In this document: piece after piece, positions 44,266-54,261 of the stretch | Layout of the letters: each line of letters opens with the position of its first letter | Numbering within the stretch: position 1 is the first letter of the stretch | Virus record (IMG/VR): IMGVR_UViG_3300031853_000017 | Span: 2,397 to 66,396 of that record | DNA from: a virus | Lineage: Duplodnaviria; Heunggongvirae; Uroviricota; Caudoviricetes | Direction: 5' to 3' (one strand) | DNA: 64,000 bases | Translations under genes and position numbers: made by a program | Notes under the pieces: model-generated | Databases searched by the model: none | Told to the model about the DNA's origin: nothing | Seen by the model: only the letters and a program-made list of their open reading frames with translations

Positions 44266-45045
44266 TTGCGGAAAGGAATAATGAGAGCAACCGCGCTTTT
44301 TATATTGATTATAACTTTAGGGTTTATCATAGGCTCTGCTTTGGTTACTATTTATAACCCGCAAATTTCAAGTGTTGCAACTGCGGATTCTGCGACCATT
44401 GATTCAGCAACATTTGATTCAGTAGCAACTATTGATGAACCTTTGGCAAGGGTCGTGATTACAACTATTCCTAATACAAGGGTAGAAACAACTGCGGAAA
44501 ATACGGTGTCTGTAACACAAAATCACAGTGAAAAAGTGCAGGAAACTACACAAAATTACAGCGAAAAAACGCAAAAACCAACGCAAAAGTCCGTAGAAAA
44601 AGTTGAAGAAACAACTGTTGAAGAAACCGAGCAAGAAGATACATACGAAGAAGAATATCTTTTGGATATTGATAACCCAGACGATAGCTACATTCCTGCA
44701 AAAATCAATCTAACTGATGAAGAAGTAGAGGAATTGGCGCGGATTGTAGAAGGTGAGTTTGGCGGCGGCGGTTTTATCGGTTGTGCGTTGATCGCTCAAT
44801 CAATTCGTGACGCTATGGTTACATTTGGATATTCTGCTATGGAAATCCGCGAAAACATGCAATATTACGGTTATGCAAACCCTGAAAGTATGGGGGTTTA
44901 CGAAGCAATAAAATGGATATTTGATGGACACGCTGTTGTGCAACATAGAATTTTGGTGATGAATAACTCTCCGGGCGGTTGGCACGGGACACAGAACTTT
45001 GTTGTGTACTATCAAGGCGTGTGGTTTTATGATATGTGGGTATAA
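44266..45045 (+). CDS. cell wall hydrolase (SleB/Hydrolase_2-like); candidate lysin
   Basis: N-terminal TM, Thr-rich linker, C-terminal LARIVEGEFGGGG...CALIAQSIRD resembles the SleB-type hydrolase domain. Confidence 0.5.
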   Translation: MRKGIMRATALFILIITLGFIIGSALVTIYNPQISSVATADSATIDSATFDSVATIDEPLARVVITTIPNTRVETTAENTVSVTQNHSEKVQETTQNYSEKTQKPTQKSVEKVEETTVEETEQEDTYEEEYLLDIDNPDDSYIPAKINLTDEEVEELARIVEGEFGGGGFIGCALIAQSIRDAMVTFGYSAMEIRENMQYYGYANPESMGVYEAIKWIFDGHAVVQHRILVMNNSPGGWHGTQNFVVYYQGVWFYDMWV

Positions 45046-45046
45046 G

Positions 45047-45232
45047 ATGTTAGGAATATATAGAAAAAGCGAGAAATTGTTCATTAATGATGAATACTAT
45101 GGAGTTCTTCACGGTGCTGAGATTATAGACGATTCAGAAGCTATTGAAACAGTAAATATTTTTTCAACTTGGGAAGAATTTTCAGAATATGCAAAAAATA
45201 ATTCTTCCATGTGGACGGAATCATTTTTTTAA
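45047..45232 (+). CDS. hypothetical protein
   Basis: ATG in frame of listed ORF. Confidence 0.4.
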   Translation: MLGIYRKSEKLFINDEYYGVLHGAEIIDDSEAIETVNIFSTWEEFSEYAKNNSSMWTESFF

Positions 45233-45716
45233 GTATAAATATATATGTAGCCATTTAGGAAATATAGAGCAAAGAAAATTCAAAAACGCAAAAGTTGAAA
45301 TTTCTTATACTAAAGAAGATAGTTATTCCCTTAAATATGTAATTGAAAACTTTAGCCATGAAAAAGCTATTAAATATCTGCACCAATTTATTGAACCACA
45401 AAATGATTCTACAAAAATAATCAAAATCAAAGAAATTAAAAAAGATGAATTATCAGACTTTATCAATAAGACTGTAATTGATGAAAACCCAAAAGAAAAG
45501 AAGAAATTCATTTTTCAGCTTTCAGACGAGCAACAAGAAAAGTATCGCAAATGGGCGAGAACACATGATTGTGTTATCCGCAATAAAGACGGTATAAGAT
45601 ATGTCGGTGCTGCCGGCGGTGCAGATACATTTCAGATTACAAGTACAGGATTGGGCTGGATTGTTAAGGTTAAATGTTCTTGTGGCTCGAAGCTGGATTT
45701 AACGGAGGATTTTTAA
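45189..45716 (+). CDS. hypothetical protein
   Basis: ORF. Confidence 0.45.
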   Translation: MQKIILPCGRNHFFKYKYICSHLGNIEQRKFKNAKVEISYTKEDSYSLKYVIENFSHEKAIKYLHQFIEPQNDSTKIIKIKEIKKDELSDFINKTVIDENPKEKKKFIFQLSDEQQEKYRKWARTHDCVIRNKDGIRYVGAAGGADTFQITSTGLGWIVKVKCSCGSKLDLTEDF

Positions 45717-46027
45717 TGAAGAAAATAATTGTTTTTGTTTTAGCATTAGTTATGTGTGCCGCTATTTTTGTTGGTTGTGATACATCAATACCAAAATTAG
45801 ATGATGGTGGTGGAATTTCAATACCAAATAGATTTATTGAAATCGCTAACAACAGTGGTGGATTAATGGATAATTCACATAAGATTTATGTAGACAAAGA
45901 AACCAATGTAATGTATTGGTATATATATGGTGGTTATCACGCTGGATTAACAGTTATGTTAAATTCTGATGGAACACCAATGCTTTATGATTTTGAAAAT
46001 AATAAAATCATTGAAAAGGAGAAATAA
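45717..46027 (+). CDS. lipoprotein
   Basis: GGAGG SD; signal + FVGC lipobox. Confidence 0.55.
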
Positions 46028-46029
46028 TT

Positions 46030-46158
46030 ATGGGATTTGTTATCGGCTTATTTGTTGGTGGATTCATTGGCGTTTCTTTAATGTATTTAATGGCTTATGC
46101 TAAAGATGATTCTACTAAACCAAATAAGAAGGACGAAACAAAAGAGGACGATAAGTAA
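46030..46158 (+). CDS. small membrane protein (42 aa)
   Basis: AAGGAGAAA SD; single TM. Confidence 0.35.
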   Translation: MGFVIGLFVGGFIGVSLMYLMAYAKDDSTKPNKKDETKEDDK

Positions 46159-46751
46159 TGAATTATTATATTTCTGATACACATTTCGGTCATAAAAATA
46201 TCATTGGTTTTGATTGTCGTCCATTCAGAAATACGCTCGAAATGAAACAAACGCTAATCAAAAATTGGAATAGCAGAGTAGTCAAAGAAGATGTAGTTTA
46301 CATTTTGGGTGATTTCTGTTGGAGCAAAGAAAAAAGTGATTGGCTAAAAATCCTCGACCAACTAAACGGTAGTAAGTATTTAATTCGCGGAAATCACGAT
46401 TTGAAGAACTTTCCTGTGGAAGTTAAAAATAAATTTTGTCAAATCACGGACTATAAAGAAATCACTGATAATGGCAAACGAATTATTATGAGCCATTATC
46501 CGATTATGTTTTATCGGTCAAGCTATGGAAATGATGTTTGGCATTTTTGCGGTCATACGCATAACAGAACAGCCGAGGAATACAAGCGGAGAGAATATGT
46601 CTTAGATTTAATCAAAAACAGAAAACAAGACTTTGATAACAAAGGTCATATCATCAATGTAGGTTGTATGATGGATTACATGGGTTATACTCCGCGAACG
46701 GCTGATGAACTAATTGACTGGTGGAACGATTATTACAAAAGCTATATCTAA
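46158..46751 (+). CDS. calcineurin-like metallophosphoesterase
   Basis: ISDTHFGH, LGDF, RGNHD motifs. Confidence 0.65.
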   Translation: MNYYISDTHFGHKNIIGFDCRPFRNTLEMKQTLIKNWNSRVVKEDVVYILGDFCWSKEKSDWLKILDQLNGSKYLIRGNHDLKNFPVEVKNKFCQITDYKEITDNGKRIIMSHYPIMFYRSSYGNDVWHFCGHTHNRTAEEYKRREYVLDLIKNRKQDFDNKGHIINVGCMMDYMGYTPRTADELIDWWNDYYKSYI

Positions 46752-46763
46752 AAGGAGAATATT

Positions 46764-47039
46764 ATGGGTACTAAAAGATTTATTGAACTTGCAAAACAGG
46801 CTCTTGTTACATACGTTAATGAGCACTTAGATAAGACGGATAAAAAAGAAATTACAACTGATGATGTTTATGTTGTATGGCTGTCTAAGGTATTACAGAA
46901 TAACAAAGGTTTATTCAGCACGACCCTACCGGACGGAATGTACTATGAAATCACTTATAACGGTGACAAAAACGAGATGTATGTAGACGTTTATAAAAAG
47001 TGGGAAAATATTTGTTTAACAACTTCACCACAGGACTAA
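46764..47039 (+). CDS. hypothetical protein
   Basis: AAGGAGAA SD. Confidence 0.5.
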   Translation: MGTKRFIELAKQALVTYVNEHLDKTDKKEITTDDVYVVWLSKVLQNNKGLFSTTLPDGMYYEITYNGDKNEMYVDVYKKWENICLTTSPQD

Positions 47040-47057
47040 ACATGAGGGATTGATACT

Positions 47058-47255
47058 ATGAAAGATAGAAGCACTGGCATGGGCTGTTTGGACGTATTTG
47101 TAGTCTTGCTGCAAATAGTTTTTATTGTACTTAAACTTTGCGGAGTAATCGCTTGGTCTTGGTGGTGGGTATTAGCCCCGATTTGGATTTATATAATCTT
47201 GATTTTACTTGTGGTTATTATATGCGCCATAGTTTATCACGATAAGGAGAAATAG
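47058..47255 (+). CDS. small membrane protein
   Basis: two TM. Confidence 0.45.
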   Translation: MKDRSTGMGCLDVFVVLLQIVFIVLKLCGVIAWSWWWVLAPIWIYIILILLVVIICAIVYHDKEK

Positions 47256-47256
47256 A

Positions 47257-48204
47257 ATGATTTGTTTTTATCACGCCGACAATGACGGCAAATGTGCAGG
47301 ATTTTGGGTAAATAAATGTGGCAAACGTGATAGTTTTGGAGAAACATTCTTTAAGATTGATTACGGTATTGACTTTCCGTTTGATAAAATCCATGAAAAT
47401 GAGATTGTCTACATAGTGGACTATTCAATCCCGACAGAGCAAATGGACAAATTGCTTGAAATTACTCCAAATGTTATTTGGTGTGACCATCATGTGTCTG
47501 CGATTGAAAAGTACAAAGATTACGACAAGGAAGTTGCCGGATTGAGATATGATGGAATCGCGGGTTGTATGCTGACCTATATCTATCTTATTGAAATGAC
47601 AAATTCAGATGGTAAGATTGTTCGTGATTTCAAGCCAATGTTAGATAAAAATGCTCCGTGGTTTACGAAGTTTATCGCAGATTATGATGTATGGAAGTTT
47701 GAATATGGAGATAACACAAGGTTTTTTGAAAAAGGATTTTCGCTTTTTCCGCACGAGCCGCAAGATGATATTTGGAAAACGCTCTTAACAGAGGATTCCC
47801 TGTTCAAGATTAAATATCGTGGGTCAACTGATGAAGAAGTTTTGCCAAAAAACATTCAAACAATAATTGACAACGGCAAGACTATTACGGCGTACCGACA
47901 TAATATTATGAAGGACTATTGCGAAAAGAAGGGTTTTGAAACCACATTAGACGGACATAAATGCTATGCAGTCAATATGGCGTTAATGGGAACAGATGAT
48001 TTTGTTATCCCGAATGTTAATGACTATGAGTTGTTGGTTTCTTTCTCTTATGACGGTAAAATTTGGTCTTATTCTTTGCGTTCTGAAACCGTTGATTGTT
48101 CGGAACTTGCGGCAAAATATGGTGGCGGCGGTCATAAAGGTGCTGCCGGATTTAGCACTGATACTTTAATTTTGGAGGGTTCACCGAATGAGCAGACTGA
48201 TTGA
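47257..48204 (+). CDS. DHH-DHHA1 family phosphoesterase (NrnA/GdpP-like)
   Basis: IWCDHH (DHH motif) and GGGGHKGAAGF (DHHA1 GGGH motif). Confidence 0.7.
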   Translation: MICFYHADNDGKCAGFWVNKCGKRDSFGETFFKIDYGIDFPFDKIHENEIVYIVDYSIPTEQMDKLLEITPNVIWCDHHVSAIEKYKDYDKEVAGLRYDGIAGCMLTYIYLIEMTNSDGKIVRDFKPMLDKNAPWFTKFIADYDVWKFEYGDNTRFFEKGFSLFPHEPQDDIWKTLLTEDSLFKIKYRGSTDEEVLPKNIQTIIDNGKTITAYRHNIMKDYCEKKGFETTLDGHKCYAVNMALMGTDDFVIPNVNDYELLVSFSYDGKIWSYSLRSETVDCSELAAKYGGGGHKGAAGFSTDTLILEGSPNEQTD

Positions 48205-48332
48205 TGTTGACAAACTAATTGAAGAAGTTGACAGAGTTATCAATTATACTCCGCGCGGTGATATTCCTCCAACCGCACAAGATATTCTCGATATAATTGA
48301 AAAAGCGCCGATTGTTCAGAATTAGAGGAAAA

Positions 48333-48527
48333 ATGGAAAGAAAAGAATTTAAGAAACTAATGGAAGCTACAGATGTGTTGTATCACATGATTTGGCGACA
48401 TCCGAGCGGCGGATATTATAAAGACGGTAAAGAGTATGTTTGCACAAATCAAATCGAAACTGATGAAGATATTAAACGTGCTCTTGCCATAGTTGCCAAT
48501 TTTGTGAATAAAATTTTAGGCGAATAA
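48333..48527 (+). CDS. hypothetical protein
   Basis: AGAGG SD + ATG. Confidence 0.45.
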   Translation: MERKEFKKLMEATDVLYHMIWRHPSGGYYKDGKEYVCTNQIETDEDIKRALAIVANFVNKILGE

Positions 48528-48528
48528 A

Positions 48529-48807
48529 ATGAAGATTGAAGAAGCAATTAAACACTGTTATGATGTAGCCAACCAATTAGACACTTGCGATGATTGTAGG
48601 GATAATCATTTGCAACTCGCGCATTGGCTTGAAGAATTGGTTTATTTACGAAAGTTATTGAGCGATTCAAAAGAATTGGCTAAACATGAGATTACGGTTG
48701 AGTCAAATATTTTTGATAAAGAGGAAATCATTGAGAACTGCACAGTTCAAATTTTAGAGAATAGTGTTACCGGCGAAGTGTCTGTTGGTTGGTGGAGGAA
48801 TGAATAA
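48529..48807 (+). CDS. hypothetical protein
   Basis: ORF. Confidence 0.5.
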   Translation: MKIEEAIKHCYDVANQLDTCDDCRDNHLQLAHWLEELVYLRKLLSDSKELAKHEITVESNIFDKEEIIENCTVQILENSVTGEVSVGWWRNE

Positions 48808-49268
48808 TGCGTTGTATTTTATCACAAAAACCAATAGCAGTTTTCTTTCAAGCCGAAAACAAAACAGAATACGCTTATAACAGCAATTATTTTTCAATCA
48901 AAACAGATGTGAAAAAGAATGATATTTACGACAAGTTATATGCTTGGGTAGATTGGTATGCGATATTTGATAATAAACCGCTATTTCTCTCTGTTATGAC
49001 AAACAAATTTTGGTTTCGTAATGTTAATGAATCGGAAAGCATAAGAAGAAGTGTTTTATTCGCAAATTGGGGCAATATTCCATCTAATAACTCACAAATT
49101 GACTCTAATAAATTCAAAGAACCTTTAGTAATAAACTCACGATTATGGAATGATTCTTCATACTTTGAAGCAATTTGCGAAGTAATTAAATCCAATAATT
49201 TCAATAAAACCGAAATGATTGAGATAAAATTGGACGGTGTAGCAAATGAATTATACAGAATGGGCTAA
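48807..49268 (+). CDS. hypothetical protein
   Basis: ORF. Confidence 0.5.
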   Translation: MRCILSQKPIAVFFQAENKTEYAYNSNYFSIKTDVKKNDIYDKLYAWVDWYAIFDNKPLFLSVMTNKFWFRNVNESESIRRSVLFANWGNIPSNNSQIDSNKFKEPLVINSRLWNDSSYFEAICEVIKSNNFNKTEMIEIKLDGVANELYRMG

Positions 49269-49467
49269 TGATTATCTTGAAACTGCAAACAGATTTAATG
49301 ACAGGATAATTAGCCTAAAAGAACGTAAGAAACACACCGATAATTTCATTGATAAGTTAAACATAGATTATAATATCAACCAATTTAGATTACGCCGTGA
49401 TGAATGTATAAGAATAGCTAACATGCTATTCAAAAGAACAGAAAAGAGCAAAGAGCAAGATGTATAA
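49246..49467 (+). CDS. hypothetical protein
   Basis: ORF. Confidence 0.45.
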   Translation: MNYTEWANDYLETANRFNDRIISLKERKKHTDNFIDKLNIDYNINQFRLRRDECIRIANMLFKRTEKSKEQDV

Positions 49468-49867
49468 GAATTATAAATTTGATTTCACAGCATTTGATCT
49501 CTTGGGTGAACCAATAGAAAATAAACCTCAGAAAAGTGATAAATCTGATAAGGTAAAAAGAAATTGGGAGAATAGATTCCAGCGCTGGTGCAATAAAATG
49601 TTTGACAATGAAGAAACGAGCATTGGAAAGTGCGGCAACGGAGAAATATGTGACTATTGTGCTGATAATAGTTATGGCAGACCTTGCGTTAGAGCATTAA
49701 ATCTAATGTTGCGTGAGAAACAGCTATCTATTGATTATTCCAATACTGACTTCTTGCAAGTGTGGAATGGCTCATGTTGGAAATATGATAAATCTAAATT
49801 TGCAAGTAGTGAAACTGCCGACAATTCCAAAATAGAAATAGAGCGATTTGTTAAGGGGGTGAGTTAA
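49460..49867 (+). CDS. hypothetical protein
   Basis: ORF. Confidence 0.5.
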   Translation: MYKNYKFDFTAFDLLGEPIENKPQKSDKSDKVKRNWENRFQRWCNKMFDNEETSIGKCGNGEICDYCADNSYGRPCVRALNLMLREKQLSIDYSNTDFLQVWNGSCWKYDKSKFASSETADNSKIEIERFVKGVS

Positions 49868-50166
49868 TGACACCAAGAGAAGCTATTATAGAGTTAAATC
49901 GTTATATTGGTACTGAAAAGGTTTCTGTAGACCAAAAAAGATTAAATCAAGCACTTAGATTAGCTATAAAGGCGTTAAGGCTTATGATTGAGTTAGAGGA
50001 TAAACCAGAAGCACTAAAGAAAGCAGAATCCATTTTGCCGCCGATTGAAGAAATGCGATATTTAACAGAAGAAGAAAAAGCCGAGTTTAATAAACATCTT
50101 GAAGAAATAAGCACTCCGATTATTGGGGTTGACGGAAAGCCTGTGAATATAAATGACGTTATTTGA
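49867..50166 (+). CDS. hypothetical protein
   Basis: ORF. Confidence 0.5.
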   Translation: MTPREAIIELNRYIGTEKVSVDQKRLNQALRLAIKALRLMIELEDKPEALKKAESILPPIEEMRYLTEEEKAEFNKHLEEISTPIIGVDGKPVNINDVI

Positions 50167-50170
50167 ATCC

Positions 50171-50310
50171 ATGAAAACTATGACGGTTGAAGAATTAGCG
50201 CGAAAAATCGCAGCTATTGCTACAGATTGTGACGAATGTGGCGGTTGTTTTGATTGCGATGGTAATTGCTTAACTTGTATTGAAATGCAACTTGAAGCGG
50301 AGGTGGAATA
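50171..50310 (+). CDS. Cys-rich micro-protein (46 aa)
   Basis: CDECGGCFDCDGNC. Confidence 0.35.
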
Positions 50311-50589
50311 ATGACTTTGAGAAGATTATGTTCTAAATGTGCCAAATGTCCAAAGGTTGAAACTTGCAATCACAAGCGTATGGAAATGGTCGGATTTTTA
50401 GAGCCAACATCGGCAACGGCTAATTCAGAGTTGTCTAATTCTGCAATAGTTCCACACAAATACAGGCAAGTGAAAATTGCTCCGAACACAACCGTAACGA
50501 TAGATTTAGAGGATATAAAAAAAGAGATAGAACAGTCTATAGCAAAACAAGCCGGACTATATGGAGACTTTTTCAAAAGTTGTACTTGA
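50311..50589 (+). CDS. hypothetical protein
   Basis: GGAGGTGG SD. Confidence 0.5.
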   Translation: MTLRRLCSKCAKCPKVETCNHKRMEMVGFLEPTSATANSELSNSAIVPHKYRQVKIAPNTTVTIDLEDIKKEIEQSIAKQAGLYGDFFKSCT

Positions 50590-50596
50590 TGGAGGC

Positions 50597-50791
50597 GAGC
50601 GAGTAATGGCAAATTTAACGAAAAGTATAAAGAAATGCCCGTTCTGCGGTGGCAAAGCAGGACTATATCAGGATTATATGGGCTTCTGGCATGTTCAATG
50701 TGATAATTGCGGTATAGGTACATCAAAAAACGACATTAAAGAATTGGCAGTAAAATCTTGGAACCGGAGGGTTGAAAATGGCAAGTTGTAA
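50597..50791 (+). CDS. zinc-ribbon protein
   Basis: GGAGG SD; CPFCGG...CDNCG. Confidence 0.45.
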   Translation, partial: ERVMANLTKSIKKCPFCGGKAGLYQDYMGFWHVQCDNCGIGTSKNDIKELAVKSWNRRVENGKL

Positions 50792-51104
50792 AAACTGTGT
50801 GCACGTTAAGGTGTGCCAAAAGACGAGAATAATGAACCCTGCATTCGACTATGCACCAAAATGTAATGACTTCAAAGATCGCTCCCGTTTTGTCGAGTTA
50901 CCTATCAAGCCAGGCGAGAAAATCTATTATTTCGATACGGCAGGGCGCATATATGAATCAACAGTAACTCAGTTGGTTTATGGCGCAACCGGATTTTTGA
51001 TTGATTCAGATGTGATGTTTAATAGTAATTTGATTGGCGAGAGATTTTTTCTCACCCATGAAGCCGCCGAACGAGCCTTTAAGGAGCATGAAATAAATGA
51101 CTAA
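50778..51104 (+). CDS. hypothetical protein
   Basis: GGAGGG SD. Confidence 0.5.
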   Translation: MASCKNCVHVKVCQKTRIMNPAFDYAPKCNDFKDRSRFVELPIKPGEKIYYFDTAGRIYESTVTQLVYGATGFLIDSDVMFNSNLIGERFFLTHEAAERAFKEHEIND

Positions 51105-51510
51105 TCATGAAACTATATTATTTATTTTAATTCCAATAATGATATTCTGTCATGTTGTTGACGATTATTATTTACAAGGTTGGCTTGCTTCGGCTAAACA
51201 AAAGAAATGGTGGGAAGAAAATGCACCTGACAACTTATACAAGAATGATTATAAAGTAGCTTTGTTAGTCCATTCTTTTTCGTGGGCTTTCTCAATTAAC
51301 CTTCCTGTTTTGGTTTATGCTTTATTCTTTCACATACTGCCGGCAATTATATTACCTTATTTTATTTTGTTGGTTGTTAATATGATTATTCATTGCATTG
51401 TTGATAATTTGAAAGCTAATAAATTAGAAATAAATTTGATTGCAGACCAAAGTATTCATTTGTGTCAGATTTTGATTTCATGGGTTGTTTATATGTTTGT
51501 GATTCCGTGA
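51097..51510 (+). CDS. membrane protein
   Basis: 4 TM helices. Confidence 0.5.
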   Translation: MTNHETILFILIPIMIFCHVVDDYYLQGWLASAKQKKWWEENAPDNLYKNDYKVALLVHSFSWAFSINLPVLVYALFFHILPAIILPYFILLVVNMIIHCIVDNLKANKLEINLIADQSIHLCQILISWVVYMFVIP

Positions 51511-51518
51511 GGTAAATA

Positions 51519-51812
51519 ATGAAAAGTTTTACAGTGAAAATTGCTTCAATTGCCGATAATTTAACCGAGGACAGTTTGAATTATCTTCTTGAAAATGTAA
51601 AAGACACTCCTTTTAAGGACGAAAAAGGTGAACATATTGGTGTATTCACAAAAGGATATATTTCTGAAAGTTGTGGCAAAAAGACTTTATATGGCAAAGG
51701 ATATTTATTTGATGGTTTTTATAAACCACCCGAAATAACAGAAAACACTTCTACATCTTTTTCGATTTATTGTTCTAATGGGAAATTGGCAGAAGTATGT
51801 GTTGAAAGATAG
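51519..51812 (+). CDS. hypothetical protein
   Basis: ORF. Confidence 0.5.
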   Translation: MKSFTVKIASIADNLTEDSLNYLLENVKDTPFKDEKGEHIGVFTKGYISESCGKKTLYGKGYLFDGFYKPPEITENTSTSFSIYCSNGKLAEVCVER

Positions 51813-51822
51813 GTGAAATTAA

Positions 51823-52305
51823 ATGAGAATTTATAACATGAATAATATTTCAATAGGCGTTCTCAGTAGATTTGACGCTTCACAATATTGTAAAGAGCCG
51901 CACAAAACCGATTCTGCAATCATTTCGATTTCTACGCCCAATATTGACTATTTTTATTTAAAAGTTGAACCAACTGACGAAAATAGGGTTGTGGCTATTT
52001 TGAATCTTGAATTTATGGACGCTGACCGTCCGGGAGATAATGATGTTTATGGAAATCCCACAACAATCAGTGATCTTATGAGTGACAAGGACGCTAAAAC
52101 AGTTGTCGATTTTGTTGAGACGTATAAGGACAAGAGGATATTGGTTCATTGTGACGCTGGAATTTCACGTTCATCTGCGGTAGCTGCGGCGATACTGAAA
52201 CATTATACGGGCGACGACAGCATGATTTTTGATAGCCGTTGGTATAATCCGAACAGATGGGTTTACCGCAAAGTGCTTGAGACATTTGAGAGTGAGGTTG
52301 ATTAA
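51823..52305 (+). CDS. Cys-based protein phosphatase (PTP/DSP-like)
   Basis: HCDAGISRS = HCx5R(S) active-site signature. Confidence 0.6.
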   Translation: MRIYNMNNISIGVLSRFDASQYCKEPHKTDSAIISISTPNIDYFYLKVEPTDENRVVAILNLEFMDADRPGDNDVYGNPTTISDLMSDKDAKTVVDFVETYKDKRILVHCDAGISRSSAVAAAILKHYTGDDSMIFDSRWYNPNRWVYRKVLETFESEVD

Positions 52306-52605
52306 ATGATTAATGCAGAAGAAGCATATAAAATGACAAATGATTTAGTGCAAAAGAAATTCAAAAGAATACAAAACAAAATCAACAAAAAGATTAAACA
52401 CCAAATCAGATGTGGGAAATATAGCCTTAGTTTGTATTATGAATGTTTTACTAATTGCGAGATACGCAAATCGCTATTAGAATATTACAGAAATATGAAT
52501 TACAATATAAAAATAGACCTTGTACGTTATGATATTTATTCCCGACACTATGAGTTGTTTATATCTTGGCAAAATCCGCGAAATGCAGAGGGTAAGATGG
52601 AATGA
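52306..52605 (+). CDS. hypothetical protein
   Basis: ORF. Confidence 0.45.
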   Translation: MINAEEAYKMTNDLVQKKFKRIQNKINKKIKHQIRCGKYSLSLYYECFTNCEIRKSLLEYYRNMNYNIKIDLVRYDIYSRHYELFISWQNPRNAEGKME

Positions 52606-52610
52606 GGAAC

Positions 52611-52810
52611 AAATGAGAAAAGCAAAAATCCCAAAAGTTGACCCGCCATATTTTTATGGTGGTTCGTCTTATCTCTTTACTTTACAAAAAGCACATAACG
52701 AACTATGCGATTACGTTCAAAGGTTAGAACGCAAAGTCGCTCTGTTGGAAGTGAGGTTAAAGGCTTGTGAAAACAGCGAAAGAAATGAGAAAAATAACAC
52801 GAAAACATAA
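52611..52810 (+). CDS. hypothetical protein
   Basis: ATG after GAGG. Confidence 0.4.
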
Positions 52811-53033
52811 ATATGATAACAGTAGAGTTATTGGTTTAATCATTGAATTGAATAGTCAAATCAAAAACGCAGCCAAAGACGGCGGGTATTCCATAAGAAG
52901 AATAACAAATCTTTATAATAAAGAGGAAGCAGAATACATTAGGCAATACTATGAAAAATTGGGATATGTGGTTGAGTACAGTTACGTATGGCGTGAAATC
53001 ATTATAAATTGGGAGGAGAAATCCAATGAATAA
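52767..53033 (+). CDS. hypothetical protein
   Basis: ORF. Confidence 0.4.
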   Translation: MKTAKEMRKITRKHKYDNSRVIGLIIELNSQIKNAAKDGGYSIRRITNLYNKEEAEYIRQYYEKLGYVVEYSYVWREIIINWEEKSNE

Positions 53034-54261
53034 TAAATGGATTAGGGCTGCGATTCCTGCGCTTTTGATACATTGCTCCGTCGGCACGGTCTATTGTTGG
53101 TCAACATTCAAACAATCCATAGCAGAACAAATTGGAATGTCACCGTTTGCTGTTGGTTGGGCATTTTCCCTTGCAATATTCTTTCTCGGAATGAGCGCGG
53201 CATTTGTCGGCAAATTTGTTGAAAAAGACATACATAAATCATCATTGATTGCTTGTATTTGCTTTACTACAGGTATGATTGGAACAGGGTTGTCTATTCA
53301 ATTCCTAACTGGCTGGGCGGCAATGATAGGAATATATTTATGTTACGGCGTGATTATGGGAATCGGTTTAGGAATAGGCTATTTAACACCCGTGAAAACG
53401 CTTATGTTATGGTTTAGCGAAAATAAAGGTCTTGCAACGGGTATCTCGATTATGGGATTTGGTTTAGCAAAGGCAATAGCGACACCAATTATGGAATGGT
53501 TACAAGGAAGTTTCGAAATTGCGCCAATGTTTATTATCCTCGGCGCGGCATATTTCTGCTTGATGTTCCTCGGACACATTTTGCTCAAAAAACCGGAAGG
53601 CTGGATTGAGCCGAAAGATAATCAAGGATTTAATGTATTATCAATGTTTAAGGATAAACAATTTGTCGGAATATGGTTGATGTTCTTTATCAACATACAT
53701 TGTGGTCTGATGATTATTTCATATGAAAAGCAAATTTTAGGCGTTGCATTTGCAACATTCTCAGGATTGGCATTGATTTTAAGTATTATCCCATCATTTA
53801 CGGCAGGATTTAATGCTCTTGGGCGAATTGGTTATTCAACACTCTCAGATAAAATGAAAGAGAGAAATACGATTTATAAAATTATTTTCACAAGTTGCAT
53901 TGCAATTTCCGCATTGACATTATTAACTCATTCAATTTCTGGTGTTACAAATATTGTGCTTTCAATAATAGTAATCGCATTTTTGTTTATTGTTAATGCT
54001 GGATATGGCGGCGGATTTTCAACACTTCCTGCGCTTTTGTCAGAACGTTTTGGAATGAAGAAGATTAGTCAGATTCACGGATTGGCTTTGTCAGCATGGG
54101 CTATTGCCGGATTAACAGGAAATAATACGTCTGAAATCATTCTTGGAGCAACTAATAACTACGAAAACATCTTAATTGTCGGCTCGATTCTGTATGCTGT
54201 AGCACTGATTATCAGTTTATTTATTGTCGGCAAGAAAAGGAGTACATATGACCAGACTTGA
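53026..54261 (+). CDS. polytopic membrane transporter (MFS-like, ~12 TM)
   Basis: 411 aa with ~12 hydrophobic segments. Confidence 0.55.
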   Translation: MNNKWIRAAIPALLIHCSVGTVYCWSTFKQSIAEQIGMSPFAVGWAFSLAIFFLGMSAAFVGKFVEKDIHKSSLIACICFTTGMIGTGLSIQFLTGWAAMIGIYLCYGVIMGIGLGIGYLTPVKTLMLWFSENKGLATGISIMGFGLAKAIATPIMEWLQGSFEIAPMFIILGAAYFCLMFLGHILLKKPEGWIEPKDNQGFNVLSMFKDKQFVGIWLMFFINIHCGLMIISYEKQILGVAFATFSGLALILSIIPSFTAGFNALGRIGYSTLSDKMKERNTIYKIIFTSCIAISALTLLTHSISGVTNIVLSIIVIAFLFIVNAGYGGGFSTLPALLSERFGMKKISQIHGLALSAWAIAGLTGNNTSEIILGATNNYENILIVGSILYAVALIISLFIVGKKRSTYDQT

